Shown here: positions 57,814 to 64,000 of the stretch, piece by piece | How positions within the stretch are numbered: the first letter of the stretch is position 1 | Layout of the letters: every line of letters starts with the position of its first letter | Program-made: the position numbers and the translations under genes | Source: Eledone cirrhosa | Taxonomy: Eukaryota | DNA length: 64,000 nucleotides | Direction of reading: 5' to 3' | Assembly: GCA_964016885.1 (NCBI GenBank) | Contig: OZ024753.1 | Span: 21,762,001 to 21,826,000, forward strand | The notes under the pieces: model-generated | The model's database searches: none | Told to the model about the DNA's origin: nothing | What the model saw: the letters and a program-made list of their open reading frames with translations, nothing else

Positions 57814-58097
57814 CATACATACATACACACATACATACAAACATAATACACACACGCACAAACGTACATACACACGCACACACACACATACAGACGTACA
57901 CACATACACACACACACACACACACTTTTACTCAAGTCAGAAAGCACCCTCAACATTTTGGAGTTTCTTCTTCTTAGTCTTCTTTGAATTGGGTCCTCCT
58001 ATCTGAAGCAGCCGTCACAAGTTCTTCAGTACTACAGATAGCCATATAAACAAATACTTCCCCCACTCATTTGCGGCCCTCTTCAAAGGAAACATCA

Positions 58098-58305
58098 ATA
58101 ACAAGTGGGGTGCCCCAGGGCACAGTCTTGGGACCACTACTGTCTTTGGTGGCTTTCTCAGAATGCTCTCTGTAGTACATACAACATCCCTCACTAGCTA
58201 TGCTGATGACACAAAGGTAGCAGAGGCAATCAAAAACCCGGCTGACTCTGCCCTTTTACAACAAGATCTGGATGCCATATACAAATGGACTAAGGACAAG
58301 AACAT
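58098..58305 (+). pseudogene. CR1/L2-type RT fragment
   Basis: SGVPQGTVLGPLL...SYADDTK...LQQDLDAIYKW. Confidence 0.8.
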
Positions 58306-58429
58306 TCTATTACCTACTCTACTACCCTAAGTATCGAGTACTCTGGTGCGTTATGGTCCACCTGGTTTCTTACCACACTTTCTTTGTTATATATATGTAA
58401 ACATGTATATATATATATATATATGTAAA

Positions 58430-59328
<899 letters not shown>

Positions 59329-59337
59329 ATTATTATT

Positions 59338-59517
59338 TGGCAGTATCGGTAGAGGGTCGGACGCCATGCTTTCCAGCATAGTTACGTCCCTTTACGATCT
59401 GAGTTCAAATCCCGCCGAGGTTGACTTTGCTTTTCATCCTTACGGGGTCGATAAAATAAAGTACCAGTAATGCACTGGGTATTTGCTGGCCTTGTGCCTA
59501 AAGTAGAAACAATTATT
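59338..59517 (+). mobile_element. tRNA-derived SINE
   Basis: Near-identical to 14038-14227. Confidence 0.85.
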
Positions 59518-59789
59518 ATAATTATTACTATATATACATATATACACACATACATAACACACACACACGAACACACACACACATATATATATATATATTT
59601 AGAGAGAGAGAGAAAATATGGAAATGTAAGCTAGAGACAATTGCTGTAGGTGGGAGAGGTAAATGGGATTGTCAAATGAAATTCTATTTTAGGAATATGT
59701 TTTAGAGAGTATGTCTATGTGTGAGTGTGTAGATAAACGTGTGAGTGTGCGCGCGCTCGTGTGTGTGTCTTATTGTAAGTGTGAAAGGT

Positions 59790-60600
59790 TAAAAAATATG
59801 ATAAACAACATTAACAAAAACATACAATTCACAACGGAATCCAGCCCCAAGGAATTAGCCTTCGTGGATATCATTATTGGTGGATTGGCAGTATCGGCAG
59901 AGTCGAACACCATGCTTTGAAGCATAGAGTTACGTCCCTTTATGATCTGAGTTCAAATTCTGCCGAGGTTAACTTTGCCTTTCATCCTTACGGGGTCGAT
60001 AAAATAAAGTACCAGTAATGTACTGGGTAATTGCTGGCCTTGTGCCTAAAATAGAAACAATTATTTTAAAAATAGATGGGAAAATAGAAACAGACATCTT
60101 TTATAAATCTACGGACTCCAAACAGTACCTCTTCTTCACATCCAGTCATCCAAAACATACGAAACTTAACATTCCTTATAACTTAGCGAAACGTATATGC
60201 ACCATAGTATCAGACCCAACTAAACGGGAACAAAGACTAAATGAACTAAAAAAAACACACTTACCTTAAGAACCTTCCCACTTGACATCATTAATAACGG
60301 AATAGACAGAGCAAAACATGCAAAGTTTCATCAACCCAACAACCCAAAGCACAGAACCACAAACAATACATTCAGCCCCAGAAACACTGAAATGTTCTAC
60401 CACCTACACAAATACCTCCCCATTCTATTTAAAGATGAAAAAATGAAAAAAATCATAGAAAAACACAAGATCATCAAAAGTAAAAGGCAACCCAAATCAC
60501 TAAAACCCATTCTCACTGGAACAAAGATACACAAACCAATCTGCAGCCCCACGGTAACAAAATACGGAAGAACGAACTGGGGCACATGCTTATACTTAAT
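59790..60600 (+). pseudogene. Neptune-like PLE RT thumb/linker remnant interrupted by a SINE
   Basis: NNINKNIQFT.E....LAFVDI [SINE] IETDIFYKSTDSKQYL..TSSHPKH...NIPYNLAKRICTI ... KRQPKSLK. Confidence 0.8.
59879..60065 (+). mobile_element. tRNA-derived SINE inserted in PLE remnant
   Basis: A/B boxes and core; attatt on both sides. Confidence 0.85.
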
Positions 60601-60676
60601 TCCGTTATTAATTATATCAATCCTTTAACACAATTAAGACTATTTTTTAAAATAATTTTGTTCTGTGAAAAACACA

Positions 60677-60818
<142 letters not shown>

Positions 60819-61591
60819 CACCTCTCTCTATATAGAACTCCATTGTAATATTCAACATTTGATAAGATGGTTCACGATACATCGAAACCGGTTATATTTT
60901 ATATACTTTATAAAACTCTTTTTTTTAAAGAATTGTTCCTCTCATTTTTTCAATAATGTCACTTTGACGAATCAAAGAATGAAAAAAGAAAAACATCCTT
61001 AAACATATTTTCCGTGCTATTTCCAATTCCACCTTTTCTCTATAACCCCTGTTTTGTATAGAACCTTACTCCCTTTTAATATATATATATATATTCGTAA
61101 ACGGAATAGAAAATGCTGACAAATTGTTCACAGTTGAAAAATGGTTTAATTAGGAATAAAAGAGTATTAGTGATTGTATGGGTTAGTATTCGGTTGTGGT
61201 TTTAAGTTTTTAAGTTTTTACCGGTTGCGCATTTCTAAATGCTTTTCAAAAATAATTTTGAGATAGAGTGTCCGTGCTGTTTGCTCTGATCTGATTAGTT
61301 TTGGGAATTCTACCTGTTTTTATGTTAAAAAAATTGGCTCCAGCGTTATTTTTGTGTTGCAAAAATGCTTGTGGTCAAAACAATTTTGATTGGTCTGTAG
61401 AGGTCATGTGAATGTAAAAAGTTGATTTTGCGCCAAGACTGTTTTTATGTTAAAATGTTAGAAAAGTGGCTCCAGCAAAAATTATTGGTCAAAACAATTT
61501 TGATTGGTCGGTAGAGGTCATGTGGATAAAAAATTGGTTTTGCGCCAAGATTGAGAAATGACTCTTTCACAACAAATATGTGTGTGTGTGT

Positions 61592-61660
<69 letters not shown>

Positions 61661-61743
61661 TGTGTGTGTAGTAGTAGTAGTAGTAAGGTATTCGATGCTG
61701 CGACAATAGCCAGCAGCGATGTGTGTCAAATGGCTATTAAGAT

Positions 61744-61846
<103 letters not shown>

Positions 61847-61903
61847 CAGCAGAGTCATTCGAAGGTCAAAGGATATTTTTCAGCTTTTGTCTTATACGGA
61901 GAA

Positions 61904-61938
<35 letters not shown>

Positions 61939-62316
61939 AGTCTCTTTGTATGTTGATGTACGCGTGTGTATGTGTTTGTGTATATATGTGTGTGGGGGGG
62001 GGGACCAGTATTTTTTTCCCCCTGGTAAAATGGTGTACATTATTCGATTTTTTCAGTAAAATCGGTTCTCTTAATAGAACATCAAAAATCTTAACAATAA
62101 GAGGTGTGAAATGATATTCACTATATATATATACACACACACACACATATTCACTACATATATATATATATATACATATATACATACATATGCACATATA
62201 TCTTTTTGTATTGCACCATAGAGCATGTGTGTTTACGTGTGTTTACGAATATATAATAACTTGTGTGTTACACCTCTATTCTTTTAACTATCATATCCTC
62301 ACACGAGATACAGAAA

Positions 62317-63626
62317 ATGCCAACAAAAACGGATACAACCCTCATCAACTCAAATGAAGAGATCCTACAGAACTCAAGAAAATCAACACCAACCTATCTT
62401 TGCTGGTCGACAAACTTGACTCCACAAATAAGGAAACCGCCACCGGATACAAACCCTCCGAAATCGGCGACAAACTCCAAAACCTTTGCGATACTATCCA
62501 AACTATGTTCACTACTACCAACCCAGGAAAAACCAACGAAGAACCATGTGAGATTGATTCACACAAAATGAAAATTCGAACAATTCCAAAATGGAACAAA
62601 TCCCTCAGAGACAGAAAGTTCTCATTCTGGAAGATGATACAAAATCACAACAAAGCAGAGATATATGAAAAATGGCTTAACTCAACCCCTCTAACTCTCC
62701 CCCGTAAACTACAAATAAAGTCCATTCCAAATGAACCCGAACCTCAAAGACACCTTAGGGAAAGAATGGCATTGGAAAAAATGAAGACAGAAATTGAACT
62801 TCTTAAACTGAGGGCCCAGACAAATGAGGAAAAAATCAAAACCATCGATGAAGAGATCCTCCTGGAAATCAACAACAAAACTGAAGGCCCCAAGGTAGAG
62901 AAGATCTCCAAATTATGGAAAGGGGACTGCAACAGAGAAGAACTGAAATCCCTTCAACGCTGGGAAAAAAGTGCCGCTTGGTTCCTACACTATGAATCGA
63001 CTTTTCAAACGGATTACACCTCCAATAACCCGTTCATAAAAATAGGAAAAACCATAACTGAACCGCACAACAACTTCTCAAACCCCCAAGCCTCAAACAA
63101 ACGAAGAAGGAAGCACCACACCGAAGATGAACTTCCCAATCTCGCTACCATAAGAAGGAACAAAAACCCAAGAAATCATCTCCCCCAGAATGACATTTAC
63201 AACTTTCGCCCTTCAAGGAGACACCATACCAAATCACTCAACTACTACGCGGATTCCTCATCGTCAAACATAGGGAAAAGATACCACCGCCATGATAGAT
63301 GCAACAACTTCCCCGCCTCAAGGGGACAGCAAGGTAATTACCATTTTCTCAACTCTCACTTCCACAATGCACAACAAACCCACACCACACGATACAACCA
63401 ACAACGTAGGCCACTTATAACACCACAATACAACATGGCACATAGAAACACACACCCATACTCGCAGTACAGGAACACCCCATTCAATCTACAACCACCA
63501 ACCCGAACCACATTTTACAACAACAAGGAATATAACAAACACAGGAGACCACTTAACATCAGCAGACAACCCCTCTACCCCAACCATTTTTTAGCCACAG
63601 CACACAGATACAGGCAAACAAAATAA
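62317..63626 (+). CDS. Upstream ORF1 of a Neptune-like PLE (coiled-coil-like middle, basic low-complexity C-terminus); possible frameshift near 62395
   Basis: 408-codon open frame directly upstream of and overlapping the RT frame; first plausible ATG (62317) lies in another frame. Confidence 0.6.
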
Positions 63627-64000
63627 CACAAGACAGGGAGGAGAAACCGATAGTAATAAAAATTATCAATCTTACTAGTGCAGAACCAACACCCAACCTT
63701 ATCAACTTACTCTCCAAAGGTCTTAAATTCACACCGACCCCACTACGTTCTAACTACTATGAAATGAAGGAAGACATCACAGACTTCTGTAGAAAGTTAC
63801 GACTTAGTGAACAACTATTCAACCAGTACAATGAGGATGAATCATTAGCCAGAAATAGAAGCAATTACACCCCTTCAAAAGGTAGAAATAAAATCCTGGA
63901 CGAATTCTGTGAACACATCACAAACTTCCCTTACCAACACTTGCACAGACAAAAACACAAGCCAAACCTCAACAAGAAAGAATGGGAAGAATTAAATAGA
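63557..64000 (+). CDS. N-terminus of Neptune-like PLE RT ORF (runs off window)
   Basis: Frame open from 63557: IINLT...LLSKGLKFTPTP...DITDFCRKLRLSEQLF...SNYTP...NLNKKEWEEL. Confidence 0.8.

Overview
AT-rich eukaryotic, repeat-dominated DNA with no recognisable host gene; the SINE families resemble those I associate with octopus/cephalopod genomes (inference). Most short ORFs in the track are microsatellite artefacts. Real coding content is retroelement-derived: (i) a head-to-tail tandem (2 x ~4135 bp plus ~135 bp) of an intact Penelope-like element (PLE; RT + GIY-YIG, Naiad-like) inside a (TA)n array at 4403-12808; (ii) a full-length but inactivated L1/Tx1-type LINE at 19326-25139 and an internally deleted relative at ~49.0-50.5 kb; (iii) PLE, RTE, CR1/L2 and CRE-like remnants; (iv) the 5' part of a two-ORF Neptune-like PLE at the right edge whose ORFs overlap at a U_UUU_UUA heptamer. 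The most striking unexplained structure: reading by eye I find about 15 apparently intact and about 7 degenerate type I hammerhead ribozyme (HHR) motifs, most in small (0.4-0.9 kb), non-coding, largely unrelated elements embedded in (TA)n arrays as fold-back and/or circularly permuted tandem copies. Several show compensatory base changes, U3-A8 core variants or very long stem II insertions. This looks like a community of retrozyme-like, PLE-mobilised small RNAs colonising TA microsatellites. All folds and alignments were done by eye; coordinates may be off by a few bases and no activity is demonstrated.
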